From the human T2T-CHM13v2.0 reference genome, Homo sapiens, in the NCBI RefSeq assembly GCF_009914755.1, contig NC_060926.1: a stretch of 64,000 nt of DNA; one strand, written 5' to 3'. A program made the translations under genes and the position numbers. Positions 32,234 to 53,365 of this stretch are shown in pieces. The notes under the pieces are model-generated. The model had not been told where the DNA came from. It ran no database searches and was given only the letters and a program-made list of their open reading frames with translations. The number at the start of each line of letters is the position of its first letter. Position 1 is the first letter of the stretch.

Positions 32234-33449
32234 GTTGGTTTTATTAGCATTAAACTAAAAGTTTATCTTTTGTTGCAGAGTTCAAAAACTCATTCTCATT
32301 TCCCAGGAAAAAACAATTCTACTTATTGGGTTTCTTTTTTTTTCTTTAAGCCTTTCTACAATAAAATATACCATTTAGTTCTCTGACAACTTTCCATGCT
32401 GTTTATAATAGATTTTAGCAGTTTGAGATCAAGTACAAGGATGGTCAAAATAACAAAAAACATTCTTGAATTATAATACAAAGCAACCTAAATCTGGTCA
32501 TACTTATTTTGTCAATGTGTGAATGAAACCTCTGTAAGTAAAGATCTGCCTGTAAAGGATAATAGGACACAATAAGGAGATGGATTGGCCAGCTGCTTCT
32601 ATTTCATATTCATTTATTTACTTGAATTATGTGGACATTCTGTGTTTTGAATTTATATATCTTATGTATCCTGGTATTGAAGCTTCCATGCAGGTATTCC
32701 TTCAAGCTGAGTTGATCAAGCTACTAAGATGTTAAGTGGTTAGAACTTCTTTTTATTAATTGGTCAATAAATATTTATTGACAATTTGGCTATCACACTT
32801 AAGCAATTGATGTCATACTTCTATTATTGCTGTGAAAATTAAGCACAATTTACATATTCCTTTTAGTTAAATTAATTGCTCTCAATTTCTGAATTGATGT
32901 CCCTTCACTTCTATCATCTGTTTACCTCCTGGTGATTTTTTCAAATTCATTTGGGCACTTTGTTACTCATCTTTTGGTTCTGCCTCAACTCTTGCTATCA
33001 TGTGGGGGATTTCCATTTACTCCATGGATCACTCATTTAACTACTCAGCTAAAAAGTTATGTGACTTCCTTGACTCTGAAGACCTTCACTTCCATTCCAC
33101 AACAAGAAATCTATCATAAGGAACTGCTCAGACTTGTGTGCAAAATTAGATGTTTTTTCATGTGTAAATTTTATTATTTTCTAATTTGTGATTGCAATTT
33201 TGATTTATTATTTGGCCCAACCATGTTTTGGAGAGTGTGTTTTACCATGTGCTTTGTTTATTTATTTCTAGTTTGTTTGCTTATTCATTCAAATAAAATT
33301 CAAAAGTCTCTTGAATTTCAAATGTTTTAAAAATATTATTGAGGTTTTTTATTTGTAGTCTAGATATGTGATTTATACATTTTCTAGAAATATGTTTTTA
33401 CATGTATATTCTATTTGTCGCATTCATCATTAGACTCAACTTCTCATTA

Positions 33450-35776
33450 CAGGCATAGTTTGTTTTACTGAACTTTGCTTTATTGCACTTCACAGATTTT
33501 TTTTTCTTTTTTCTTTTTTTTTTTTTTTTTTTACAAATTGAAGATTTTTGGCAACCCTACATTGAGCAAGTCTATCAGCTTAGTCTGTTTAGTCTATCAG
33601 TCTTACCAACAGCGTGTGCTCACTTCGTTTCTCTGTGTCTCTGTGTCATTTTGGTAACTTTTGCAATATTTCACACTTTTTCATTATTATTATATCTGTT
33701 ATAGTGATCTATGACCAATGATCTTTGATGTTACTATTGTAATTATTTTGAGGTGCCATGAATTGCACCCATTTAAGACAGCAAACTTAATCAAGTGTGT
33801 TCTGACTGATCCACCAACTAGCTGTTCCCTGGCTCTGTTCCTCTCCTTGGGCCTCCTCGTTCCCTGAGACATAACAATGTTGACATTAGGCCAGTTAATA
33901 ACCCTGCAATGCCTATGGGTGTTTAAGTGAAAGGAAGAGTTGCATGTATTTTCCTTTAAATAAAAAGCTAGAAATGATTAAGTTTTGTGGGGAAGGCATG
34001 TCTAAACCAAAGATAGGCTGAATGCAGAGGCCTCTTGTGCCAAACAGTTAAACAAGTTGTGAATGCAAAGAAAAAAATTCTAGAAGGAAATTAAAAGTTC
34101 TACCCCAGTGAACACAGAAAAGATTTAAAAAATGCATAAAGCCTTATTGCTGATACAGAGAAAGCTTTAATGGTCTGGATAGAATATCAAACCAGCCATA
34201 GCATTCCCTTAAGCCAAAGCCTAATCCAGATCAAGGCCCTAACTCTGTCCAATTCTGTGAAAGCTGAGAAAGGCGAGGAAGCTGCAGAAGAAAAGTTTGA
34301 AGCTAGCAGAGGTTGGTTCATAAGGTTTAAGGAAAGAACCCATGTCCATAACATGAAAGTGCAAAGTAAAGTAGTAAATGCTAATATAGAAGCCACAGCA
34401 GGTTATCCAGAAGATCTCACCAAGATCATTGATGAAGCTGGCTACATTAAACACTGATTTTCCATGTAGACAATACAGCCTTCTATTGGAAGAAGATGCC
34501 ATCTAGGAATTTCACAGCTAGAGGGACAAAGTCAACACCTGGCTTCAGAGCCTCTAAGCTTCAAACGACAAGTTAACTCTCTTGTTAGCACATCTTTTTA
34601 TCGCGTGGTTTACTGAATATTTTAAGACCATTGTTGAGACCTGCCGTACAGAAAAAAGATGCTTTCCAAAATACTACTACTCATTCCTTTTTAGTACACT
34701 CCCTGAAAAAACAACACCACTGCTCATTGACAGCGTACCTGGTTGCCCAAGAGCTGTGATGGAGATGTACAAAGAGATTAGTGTTGTTTCTGCAGCACAT
34801 AGTTCAAGGAGTAATTTTGGCTTTTGAGTCTTATTATTTAAGAAATACATTTTATAAGGTGTAGCTGTCATAGGTAGTGATTCCTCTGATGATCTAGGCC
34901 AAGTCAATTGAAAACCTCTTGGAAAGGACTCACTGTTCTAGATGCCATTAAGAATTTTGTGATTCATGGGAGGAGGTCAAAATATCAACATCAACAGGAG
35001 TTTGGAAGACAGAAGAGGCTGATTCTGATCCTCATGGCTGACTTTGAGGGGTTTAAGACTTCAGTGGAGGAAGTAACTGCAGTTGTGGAAAAATAGCAAG
35101 AGGATCAGCATTGGAAGTGGAGCCTAAAGATGTAACTGAATTGCTGCAATCGCATGATAAAACTTGAATGGATGAGGAGTTGCTTCTCTGGATGAACAAA
35201 GAAAGTAGCTTCTTGACATGGAACCTACTTCTGGTGAAGATGCTGTGAACGTTGTTGAAATGACAACAAAGGATTTAGAATATCACATCAACTTTGATAA
35301 AGTAGTGGCAGGGTTTGAGAGGATTTATTTCAATTTAGAAAGAAGCTCTACTGTCAGTAAAATGTCAAACAGCATTGCACGCTACAGAGAAATTTTTAAT
35401 GAAAGGAGGATTCAATTGATGCAGCAAACTTTGTTGTTGTCTTGTTTAGGAAATGGCAACAAGTATTTTAAGGAATTACCCAACCTTCAGCAACCACCAC
35501 CCTAATTAATCAGTAGTCATCAGCATCAAGGTAGACCCACCAACACCAAAAAGATTATCACTTACTGAAGGCTCAGATGATTGTTAGCATTTTTTAATTA
35601 AGGTATATATGTTGTTCTTAGACATAATGCTATTGCACACTTAATAGACTATAGTATAAACGTAACTTTTATATGCACTGGGAAGCCAAAAAGTTTTTGT
35701 GACTTACTTTATTGCAATATTCACTTTATTTTAGTGATCTGGAACCAGACTAGCAATATGTCTGAGATTATACCTG
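33450..35776 (+). mobile_element. Tigger1 (near full length, internally deleted)
   Basis: TA|caggcata... and ...tatacctg|TA ends; transposase fragment [28 protein letters not shown]. Confidence 0.9.
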
Positions 35777-35778
35777 TA

Positions 35779-36013
35779 CAGTTGAGGCTGGAACAGCATG
35801 GATTGAACGGCATGGGTCCACCTATACAATATGTTTTTTCAGCCAAACACATGGAAAATACAGCATTCACAGTGTACAAAGCCTACATACATATGGAGGG
35901 CGCACTTTTCATATATGTGGGTTCGGAAGGGCCTGCTTTGGGACTTGATGTATGGATTTTGGTATAGACAGGGTTCCTGGAAGCAATCTTCCATCTCCAC
36001 GAAGGGATGACTG
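35779..36013 (+). mobile_element. MER8/Tigger2-type MITE
   Basis: cagttgaggctggaacagcatgg...gaagggatgactg, flanked by TA. Confidence 0.7.
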
Positions 36014-36830
36014 TATATGTATCTTTTTTTATAGTTTATTTTTTTAAAGACAGAAAACTTCACTGCTAATTATTTATTCTATAAAAGTTTATTCTCTTAA
36101 AGCCTCATTATAATTTGTATCAGTTTGCCCCATTTAATGCCTCTTGCCTTGAAATTTTGCCTGTTGATATTTGTAAACAATGGTTTTTTTAGATTTTTAT
36201 TTTCTTGGCATATTTGTCACTTGATTTTTAACCTATCTGTGTTATTTTAAGTGCTTCTTTTATATACAGCATTTGGTTGATTTAACTTTATAAGCTTTGC
36301 CCTTCAACTGATATACTTAAATGTATTTATATTACTTTATTTATACTTTTATTTTGGGGCTTTTCTTATTTTTTCCACCCATCCCTTACATGTTGCTTTT
36401 CTTAGATTTTCTGTATTTAAACATTTTTCATAGAGTAACTTAGAAGGTATATAACCTAGTTTCATTTTAGGCTGGTATTCTCTCTAATAAATAAATAAGC
36501 CAGACAAAGAAATGAGTAAACTTTTATTTCTCTACTTACATTAAAAATAAAGCGGGGGAGGAGCCAAGATGGCCGAATAGGAACAGCTCCGGTCTACAGC
36601 TCCCAGCGTGAGCGACGCAGAAGACGGGTGATTTCTGCATTTCCATCTGAGGTACTGGGTGCATCTCACTAGGGAGTGCCAGACAGTGGGCGCAGGCCAG
36701 TGGGTGCGCGCACCGTGCGCGAGCCGAAGCAGGGCGAGGCATTGCCTCACCTGGGAAGCGCAAGGGGTCAGGGAGTTCCCTTTCCGAGTCAAAGAAAGGG
36801 GTGACGGATGCACCTGGAAAATCGGGTCAC

Positions 36831-37004
36831 TCACACCCAAATATTGCGCTTTTCAGACCGGCTTAAAAAACGGCGCACCACGAGACTATATCCCACACCT
36901 GGCTCGGAGGGTCCTACGCCCACGGAATCTGGCTGATTGCTAGCACAGCAGTCTGAGATCAAACTGCAAGGTGGCAGCGAGGCTGGGGGAGGGGCGCCCG
37001 CCAT
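36831..37004 (-). pseudogene. L1 ORF0, truncated to 57 aa
   Basis: MAGAPPPASLPPCSLISDCC...RNIWV*, with a premature TGA. Confidence 0.8.
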
Positions 37005-37459
37005 TGCCCAGGCTTGCTTAGGTAAACAAAGCAGCCGGGAAGCTCGAACTGGGTGGAGCCCACCACAGCTCAAGGAGGCCTGCCTGCCTCTGTAGGCTCC
37101 ACCTCTGGGGGCAGGGCACAGACAAACAAAAAGACAGCAGTATCCTCTGCAGACTTAAATGTCCCTGTCTGACAGCTTTGAAGAGAGCAGTGGTTCTCCC
37201 AGCACGCAGCTGGAGATCTGAGAACCGGCAGACTGCCTCCTCAAATGGGTCCCTGACCCCTGACCCCCGAGCAGCCTAACTGGGAGGCACCCCCCAGCAG
37301 GGGCACACTGACACCTCACACAGCAGGGCATTCCAACAGACCTGCAGCTGAGGGTCCTGTCTGTTAGAAGGAAAACTAACAAACAGAAAGGACATCCACA
37401 CCGAAAACCCATCTGTACATCACCATCATCAAAGACCAAAAGTAGATAAAACCACAAAG

Positions 37460-38473
37460 ATGGGGAAAAAACAGAACAGAAAAACTGGAAACTCTAAAAC
37501 GCAGAGCGTCTCTCCTCCTCCAAAGGAACGCAGTTCCTCACCAGCAACAGAACAAAGCTGGATGGAGAATGACTTTGACGAGCTGAGAGAAGGCTTCAGA
37601 CGATCAAATTACTCTGAGCTACGGGAGGACATTCAAACCAAAGGCAAAGAAGTTGAAAACTTTGAAAAAAATTTAGAAGAATGTATAACTAGAATAACCA
37701 ATACAGAGAAGTGCTTAAAGGAGCTGATGGAGCTGAAAACCAAGGCTCGAGAACTACGTGAAGAATGCAGAAGCCTCAGGAGCCGATGCGATCAACTGGA
37801 AGAAAGGGTATCAGCGATGGAAGATGAAATGAATGAAATGAAGCGAGAAGGGAAGTTTAGAGAAAAAAGAATAAAAAGAAATGAGCAAAGCCTCCAAGAA
37901 ATATGGGACTATGTGAAAAGACCAAATGTATGTCTGATTGGTGTACCTGAAAGTGATGGGGAGAATGGAACCAAGTTGGAAAACACTCTGCAGGATATTA
38001 TCCAGGAGAACTTCCCCAATCTAGCAAGGCAGGCCAACGTTCAGATTCAGGAAATACAGAGAATGCCACAAAGATACTCCTCGAGAAGAGCAACTCCAAG
38101 ACACATAATTGTCAGATTCACCAAAGTTGAAATGAAGGAAAAAATGTTAAGGGCAGCCAGAGAGAAAGGTCAGGTTACCCTCAAAGGGAAGCCCATCAGA
38201 CTAACAGCGGATCTCTCGGCAGAAACCCTACAAGCCAGAAGAGAGTGGGGGCCAATATTCAATATTCTTAAAGAAAAGAATTTTCAACCCAGAATTTCAT
38301 ATCCAGCCAAACTAAGCTTCATAAGTGAAGGAGAAATAAAATACTTTACAGACAAGCAAATGCTGAGAGATTTTGTCACCACCAGGCCTGCCCTAAAAGA
38401 GCTCCTGAAGGAAGTGCTAAACATGGAAAGGAACAACCGGTACCAGCCGCTGCAAAATCATGCCAAAATGTAA
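37460..38473 (+). CDS. L1 ORF1p, open (337 aa)
   Basis: MGKKQNRKTG...QNHAKM with no stops. Confidence 0.95.
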   Translation: MGKKQNRKTGNSKTQSVSPPPKERSSSPATEQSWMENDFDELREGFRRSNYSELREDIQTKGKEVENFEKNLEECITRITNTEKCLKELMELKTKARELREECRSLRSRCDQLEERVSAMEDEMNEMKREGKFREKRIKRNEQSLQEIWDYVKRPNVCLIGVPESDGENGTKLENTLQDIIQENFPNLARQANVQIQEIQRMPQRYSSRRATPRHIIVRFTKVEMKEKMLRAAREKGQVTLKGKPIRLTADLSAETLQARREWGPIFNILKEKNFQPRISYPAKLSFISEGEIKYFTDKQMLRDFVTTRPALKELLKEVLNMERNNRYQPLQNHAKM

Positions 38474-38509
38474 AGACCATCGAGACTAGGAAGAAACTGC
38501 ATCAACTAA

Positions 38510-42360
<3,851 letters not shown>

Positions 42361-42932
42361 ACAATGAGATCACATGGACACAGGAAGGGGAATATCACAC
42401 TCTGGGGACTGTGGTGGGGTGGGGGGAGGGGGGAGGGATAGCATTGGGAGATATACCTAATGCTAGATGACGAGTTAGTGGGTGCAGTGCACCAGCATGG
42501 CACATGTATACATATGTAACTAACCTGCACAATGTGCACATGTACCCTAAAACTTATAATAAAAAAATAAAAATAAAAAAAATAAAGCAAAATTTATTGA
42601 CTCTCTTCTTGTAGAATGAGAGATGCAGTATGATTCTCTTCTTTATTTAAACCCTTCCCTCCAACCCCATTGGCTATTATGTTTATTTCAATAACATTTT
42701 GCTAATTCTTTTCAATAGTATATACTGACATTTGCATTTTATTTTATAATGATGGCAGCAATAATTTTTTAAATGTGATATCTTTCCCATCTTTGAGTTT
42801 TGGCTTCTTTTCTTTTTTCTTTTCTTTTCTTTCTCTTTCCTTTCTTTCTTATTTTGGTTATTTGGCTATCTGGAGTATTTCCAGAAGAATAAGTGGGTGT
42901 CTTTCCCCTAGTACTACCACTCACCTTCTACC

Positions 42933-43617
<685 letters not shown>

Positions 43618-45179
43618 ACCTATCCTTCAAAATTTAATTCACTTGTCACATAGTCTGAGAAGCCTTTGATGCCCCCTGCCTCTTAAGCTTGACCATTCCA
43701 TCCTTTATGGTACTACCATATACAAATGTAGGCATTTTCCTATAGACTGAGTTTTTATAATTCCAGTGGGTTATTAATTGGATCTTTTTAGTTAGAGAAT
43801 ATGGTGTATTATTTATAGATGGCTTTTGATTAAAACTAAATCTCAATTAGATACGGGTACTTTTAAGTAGGAATTTTTAAAGCCACACATTTGCAGTTGT
43901 TTTGAGCAGTATTGTGCTATTTTGATCACAGCAGTGGGAGAAAAAATGATAATATGTTACAGTTTCTACACTAGTATTGAAAGGAAGAGTGAGAACAGTA
44001 GTTTTTTAAGGAAAATATAGATGTAATGATTCAATAATTATTAGATTTCATAGCTAAACCCTTGTTGATTAAACATATACTATTCCTTATTTTCTAAAAT
44101 TCCTGCAAGAGCAGTAATTTTCTTTTAGACAGTTTAAAATTCTCTGAATCTAATTGAAGAAATTGTTTTGAGGCAACTTTGGATGCCTCTATTTTGTGTT
44201 ATTTACATTTTTTATATTTTATGAAATTCCCTGAAAATAGAAACTATGTTCTAATCATTTTTTCATCTCTAGCTTCCAGCACATTATCTGAAACATATTA
44301 GGAATTGAATATATCTTAACTGAAAGGCCATAGTGAATGAATGAAGCTTCATTCTCTCTGGCTTATCTTGTTCCATTTGACGTTTAATCACATAGTATCT
44401 TGTACAGGGTAGAGTGGTTCCATTTTATGGAAGGAATATGTTCTGGAGGGCACACATAATTGAAAGCTCAGTAATTCAAAACTACTTTTCTAAAAGGAAT
44501 GAATGTAAATTGTGTGTGTTGAAGAAGAAGGGGTGGGTGGGGCAGTGGGTGTCTAGATGTATGTTCTAAGTCCTAATAAATTCACAATCATTGTAGCATA
44601 TTTTTTATTTGATATTACAGTTTTTTTCTTGTCATTTTCTATTATGTTTGCAGAGTATGGTAACCTAAATTAATAGCACAGCATATTATGGCAGTTGTTT
44701 GGCTTTCTTAGTTGTATTTTTGAACACATGTAAATCCCATTCTAAAGTTACTAACTTTCAGGGATATATTTTTTTAGCAACAGCACGACCACTTTAAAAG
44801 TGTTTGAGTGAAGTAGTTTTAGCAAATAAAAGGTTTATTGAAATTTAATGCATTAATGTTAAAATAATAGCTCAAGAAAACAAAATGGACATATTTTATA
44901 AGCATGGTTACAAATAAAGTATGGTAAGTATTTTTATTTACCAGCAAAAGTGGCAATAACTTAAATACAGTTTGTATTAACTCTTCCTTCCAAGTTTGAA
45001 ATTGTTATTGACACAGTTTTTATGGAGGAATTATTATTTTAAATTGTTCCTGTTAATTATATCTTAATATTATAATCTAAATGCATAAAGTGCAATTGCA
45101 TTATATCACTAAAAATTATATTGAATGTATTGTTTCTCCAACAAAGCTCAGAATTTCTTGAGGGAACAGACTGTTAACA

Positions 45180-46480
45180 ATTGTGTACCTCTTAGATTGA
45201 CATCTCACGGTTATTCATGTAGTGAGTAATTTCTTATGGAAAGTTGCTGTTAAATTAGCAGTATTTGACAAAACATATCCTCCAAAATTACAGTCTTTGC
45301 TAGGAGGTGAAAGTAAATCCATGGTATCTGTACTTGCACTGATCAAAAATCCCTACACTGTTCTGAGACAGACTCCCCTGCTAAATAGATACATATCTGG
45401 GGACTAGCTCTCAGGCAGGAACCATTTATTGATGCTACTTCTATAGATACATTTTACTGAGGTACAGCACCAGTGAATAGGCAGGAGAATTTTGAATTAC
45501 AGTTGGAAAAATCACTGAAATGTAGCAGGAGTGATAGACCTTGGAGCTGGAGAAAAAATGCCTTTTAATAGAAAGCTTGCTGCAGCCAGTAGTAGAAATT
45601 ATGAAACCATATGGTTTCAGAACAATAAATACTGGCAGTCACACAGTGCTTGAGCCAGTATTTGGCAGTATGATCATCTTTGGAATTCATGTTGAATTTC
45701 TGAATACACACCAACAGGAAGAAAAATAAAGACCCCTGTATTGTAAAGACAAGGCCCTGATGAATACATCACAGAAAATCAAGTTCAACTGAAGCAGTTT
45801 ACAGTAAGCATTGTTAAGAGAACTCAGACATTATGAGGCTCCTGAAAGACCCCTGATATTCTTAAAGTTTGTTGTGTTGCAAAGATCACCATGGGGTCTA
45901 CCTAAAATCAGCTGGACATTCAGATTCATTCGCATGACCTACATAGGCCAAGCAGTGTTAGATTGACTTAAAAGGATATTGGATAGGAAACACAGTATGC
46001 CAGCAGGGTATTCCTTTTTCACCAGAGTCTTCACAGCAATCTGAATACTGTTGTTTATCCCCTACCACCAAATGACAACTTGGGTACAAAGCGACAAGAT
46101 TCAGATAGTTAGGAGCAGGGATTGCTTTGTCTTAAAATCCCCATGCAGCACAAGAGCAGATTATCTTTTTTTTTTTTTTCCTTTTAATACCCTAACTGGT
46201 CTGAGCTAATACCTTTGTACCAGTCTCATGGGTACAGTTTCCAAGGTTCCTATAAGGGACATGCACATTTATAAGAGTCTCTACATTCAAAGAAGCTAAA
46301 ACCTGTGGCCTTACACCAGCTATATAATTCATTCAGAATCTTGCCATCCAGATGCAATTTGTCAATCAGGTTTGATTTTTACCATAAGCAATGTTTCCTG
46401 GTGTTTGTTAATCCTTTTCCCATAGTTGATAAAGTTAATTTGGGAGAAGGAAGAGAGAGTGACATATTTGGCTACCTTCA
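45180..46480 (-). pseudogene. Kringle-like x2 + WSC + PKD exon relic
   Basis: Kringle-like: TNTRKHCLW*..YSWC; GNCTHETG..SCAAW..GIPCWHT. WSC: LNLIFCDVFIRALSLQYRGLYFSSCWC (45790-45708) + WLKHCVTASIYCSET..FY. PKD: LHFSDFS..AVPQ*NVSIEV..SVQVQIP. Confidence 0.6.
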
Positions 46481-47419
46481 GGGAACAAAATCTAACAGCA
46501 CAGATGGTAGTAGAGGAGATACCAATTACATATTAAGGAGCTAGAGTTGATGATGGTATGACTCAGCCCTCTGAGATTAAATTCTACTTACTAGGGCTAT
46601 GAATGGAGATAAGTAGGTATCCCACCTTTTATTAGAAGGTTCCTTAAAATAAATATGGGACTCTGGTCAGAGAGTAGGACCATTAATTTGCTCCTGGTTT
46701 TTACCTGGCATCCACCCACCAGTACCTAGGCATCTCGTGAACAAAATCATAGGATTGTTATGGGCTCAATTAAAAAAAAAAAAAAAAGATTAGCCAGGCT
46801 TGGTGGCATGCGCCTGTAGTCCCAGCTACTTGGAGGTTGACATGAGAGGATCGCCTTAGCCAAAAAAAATTTTGTTTAAATAAAAATTAATTAAAATGGC
46901 CACCTATTTTGGAGGTCAGTTAAAAGGATGAGAATATCTGGAAAACTGCCTCTGTTATGTAGTCACTAAGGTTGGGAATAGGAGGAAAGCAGAGAGGTAG
47001 GGCAATTCTGATCCCTTTAGCCAATAAGTTTATAAGGTATCATAGCTACCTTATTTTTAAAGGAGTTTGAAACCCTAGGATGAGAGACTGACGTCATCAG
47101 GAATATATCTTTGCAGTCTTAGAACTCAAATATGTCAACTCAGAGAATAGTAACAGTAGCAGAAAACACAGACTATAAATTCAGCTTGCTTTCTCTGTCA
47201 CTCTTAAATGCTAATGCTGCTTTATTTGTACTTATGACACTAAACATAATCTAGCTTCCCTGACTTCTGAGGCTCTGGGAGAATTCTACTGATGCTGAGA
47301 ACCCATCTGACAGGGCTTGGATGGGAACGAGGGCTCTAAAAAAGAAGTCAGAAGCCTTCCAGTATTTAGGGGAGGAGCCAGAAGGCAATTAATATTCAAA
47401 GTACCTATATGAGTTCACT

Positions 47420-49970
<2,551 letters not shown>

Positions 49971-50077
49971 GTGTATGTGTAAGTAAAATACTGGAAAGTA
50001 GCATGTAAAAATTATAGTAAATATATTAGGTTTGTAAGAAAATGAATGATTTCTAACTTTCTGATTTATTGATCTAC

Positions 50078-50620
50078 TGTGTGGTATAGCTGGTCTCCTG
50101 ACTGTGTCCTAATGAATTAATACCTCCCAATATTCATGCTCTTTTATAATCTCCTCCTTTGCAGCTTGGCTGGCCTGGTAAATCACTTTACCCAATATAA
50201 TAAAATGGAAGTGACTATGTAACTTCCAAAACTAAGTTGGAAGCTGCCTTTTAGCTTCTGCTTGGTCCTCTCATAATGCATGCTCTAGGAAAAACCAGCT
50301 GTCATGTAAAAAGTTCATGTGCCCTGAGACTGCATTGCTGAGAGGAACCCCAAACTAGCCATGTGGACAGGCCACTTGGAGAGAGAGAGAGATGCTGGGC
50401 CATCTGCGAGTTGTTCTAGCCTTTTCAGCCAAGATCAAACGTGAGTAAAGCCATTTTGGACATCCAGCCCTGTCAAGCTTTCAGATGACTTCAGCCCACT
50501 GCCATCTAACTACATTGAACTACCCAGCTAGGTCCAGTCAACCCACAGAACTTTGAGAGATAATAATTTGTTGTTTTAAGTCACCAAATTTTGAAGTGGT
50601 GGCTTAAAATATAATATTTC
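50078..50620 (+). mobile_element. MLT1-family LTR
   Basis: ccagctaggtccagtcaacccacagaac..gttgttttaagtcaccaaattttg. Confidence 0.7.
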
Positions 50621-51999
50621 TATAGATAAATGAAACATTATAGATACATGCATACATGCATAGACATAGAGATAGATACATAGATAAAACAGTGTATCTA
50701 TAATGTAAAAATAAAGAATATTTTATATCCTCCTGCCTTTATAAGATGATGCAAAGTATTATGACTCATTCGGTTCATTCATTCATTCATTTACAACGTA
50801 CATTAAGTACTAGCTATGGGCTTAAAATTGCTAGTTGTTAGAAATACAAGACGAACATGACATAGTAGCACAGCTGTTGAATTCTATTTTTAATATATTA
50901 AGTGTGTGAGGGGACTATCTATGGTCATTAGAGTAGAAGTGCCCACTAGGTAGTTGGAAATTCAAGTCTGGCACTCAGTATGTATTTGAGAATTATCTTA
51001 ATTTATGTGTTTGTAGTTAAGCCAAGAGAATAGATGAATTCTTTCAAAAAAGAACAGATTTAGGGGAAAAATGGGACCTATGATGGGATCCTAGGCAGAG
51101 GGAAGAGTAATTATTATTAAAACAGACTGAGACAGAACTCTCTGTCCGAGATAGGAGGAGAATCAGGAGATGCTAGTATCCTAAAAGAGGCAATCACATA
51201 TTTATGGGTTTAAGCCTGTGGAGAAAGTGACATCTTTTTTACCTTGATCTCTGCCAGAAAGTTGAAGAGTTACTATTTTAGACCATCTTAAAATAAGACA
51301 TACCTGAATCTCGTTATAATTTAGAGAATAACGAAGGTACTGCAAGATTTGCAGGTATATTCTAGCCTACAGGAAGTTTTTTTTTCTTTTTACTACAGAC
51401 TTTCTTAAAAGGAAAAAGCCACCTACTCGTCACTTGTCGTGCTGCCATCCCCATCCCCACCTTTTTTGTTCAATGTGATAATCTCTGGTGGTCAATTTCG
51501 ATCTTCTTTTGCCTTCCTTACTGTAAGGAAGAATCTCAAATTATTTGACCCTTTGCTTTGATTGCCTGCCCCTGATTTAGTTTCTCTTCTTATTCTCATC
51601 AATGTGAAGCAGGTCCATAACTGACATACAGTTACAGGAAATATATGGGTTTATTGCTCAATTTGTATAGTAGTAGGGGAGAAATATAACATTATTAGCA
51701 TTTTCCAAACGTTTTCAATTTTCTGTGAAACAAGACTTTATAAAGTAATAAAGTATTATATAAATATATTGGGTTGGGTAGTACTTTTGGTCAGGGTAGC
51801 ATGTAACTGAAAAAACTTCCCATTAAAAAAATTCCAGGAATAAATTTTTGTTATAAATTTTCTTTTAAGTTAATTTTTTCCGATTGTAAAAGTAAAACAT
51901 TGTAGAAAATTGGAAGAAACAGACAAGTACTTTTTTTAGAAGGAGAAATACATAACAAAATTATATATTTTAGGGTTTTGACCCACATAGCAACTGCCA

Positions 52000-52730
52000 A
52001 TTGAAGTATTTGCATGGGAAGTTTCACCAACTGTCTAAAACTAATAGCCCAGTCTCAGTTGCTATCCACAGTCATCCAACACGCAAACATAGCACTTATC
52101 TTAGATTTCTTGCCTATCCTGCATGCCAAATTAATCATCAAATCTTCTTAATTTATTCTTCAATTAACAAGTATTTATTGAGTGCCTTCCCTCATGGAGT
52201 GGTGATGCTTTGTCTTGCTTCCTATCCTTTCTTCCCAAACGCTGCCACCATGTTGCTGCTGGAATGTAGTTTCTGAAATATGCTAGATTCCCATAACTCT
52301 CAGAATAAAGTTCAAATTCTTTAGTTTGATCACAACAACCTTCATGATAGGACAGCTGCCAGCCCCATCTAATTCCATTTCCTATCGCTGGCATCTTAAA
52401 CTCCAATTTGCAGTTCTTCAAGTGTGTCATGTTCTCTTTGCCTCCCTTTGTCCTCATCCATATCCTCTTTTATTTTAATAATCATAATGTCTACTTGTCT
52501 TGTGTTAGCTCAAATGTAGATAAAAATCCAGAAAGCCCTCCTAACCTCTGAGTTATACATCTCTCTTTCAGTTAGTTTCCCGTAGCCTACAGTGCTATCT
52601 CAATGATAATGTTTATCATACAGTACATATTACTTTACTTGCCTATCTGTCCCACTAAAATATAAAGCCATGAGAGCAGGTACTAGCACAGGCAAGTAAT
52701 AGGTACTTGATAAATGCTTATTAAATAGAT
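52000..52730 (+). mobile_element. L2 relic
   Basis: cagaataaagttcaaattctt..catgagagcagg..aaatgcttattaaatagat. Confidence 0.65.
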
Positions 52731-53365
52731 AAGTGGTTTTTTTTGGACATTGCTTTTTTATGATTTGTGCTAACATTTATTTGCAAACCAAATAAGGGAA
52801 GCATTGGTATAGAAATCAAAATTACCTTTTCACTCTGTTAATGTAAATGAAAGTTGTAGAAGCAGAAGTTCTAGGAGTGAAGTAGGGATTTACTTAAGCT
52901 AAGGATAAATGGTGGAAACTACTAGGACAGTTTGTCATTAGTGAAGAGAATGTAAAGAAGAAATTACTTTGAATTAGTTAATGAAGAAATGGCCGTAAGT
53001 GATTTTAGATGTCACCAAAAGCATGATGATGAGGAAGACATACTCTAAGCATTTGGAAAAATAATTCAGTCATGTAATAGAGTCATCTTGATAGTATTTT
53101 TTAAAATGCCGACATTATACCTAAAATTCTGTGGAACAATATTAATGTTTTGAAGGTAAAGACTAACTCTAATACTTCTTCTATATTCCCTGCGGTGCTC
53201 AAATATAACATGTTTAATAAATGATTGATTTCTTCTCTCATTAAGATTACTTTTAGGAACATAAGATAATTAAAACGTCTTAGCTATATAAAGAAAAGTG
53301 CAAATACTTGAGCACTGTGTAAACATTTTTTGACCTATTAATTGCACATATAGGAATATAGGACT

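Noticed and set aside
45300-46140. RdRp-like strings (DKAI; IQKFNMN)
   Set aside because: No GDN motif, and the Cys-rich pattern fits WSC/kringle better.
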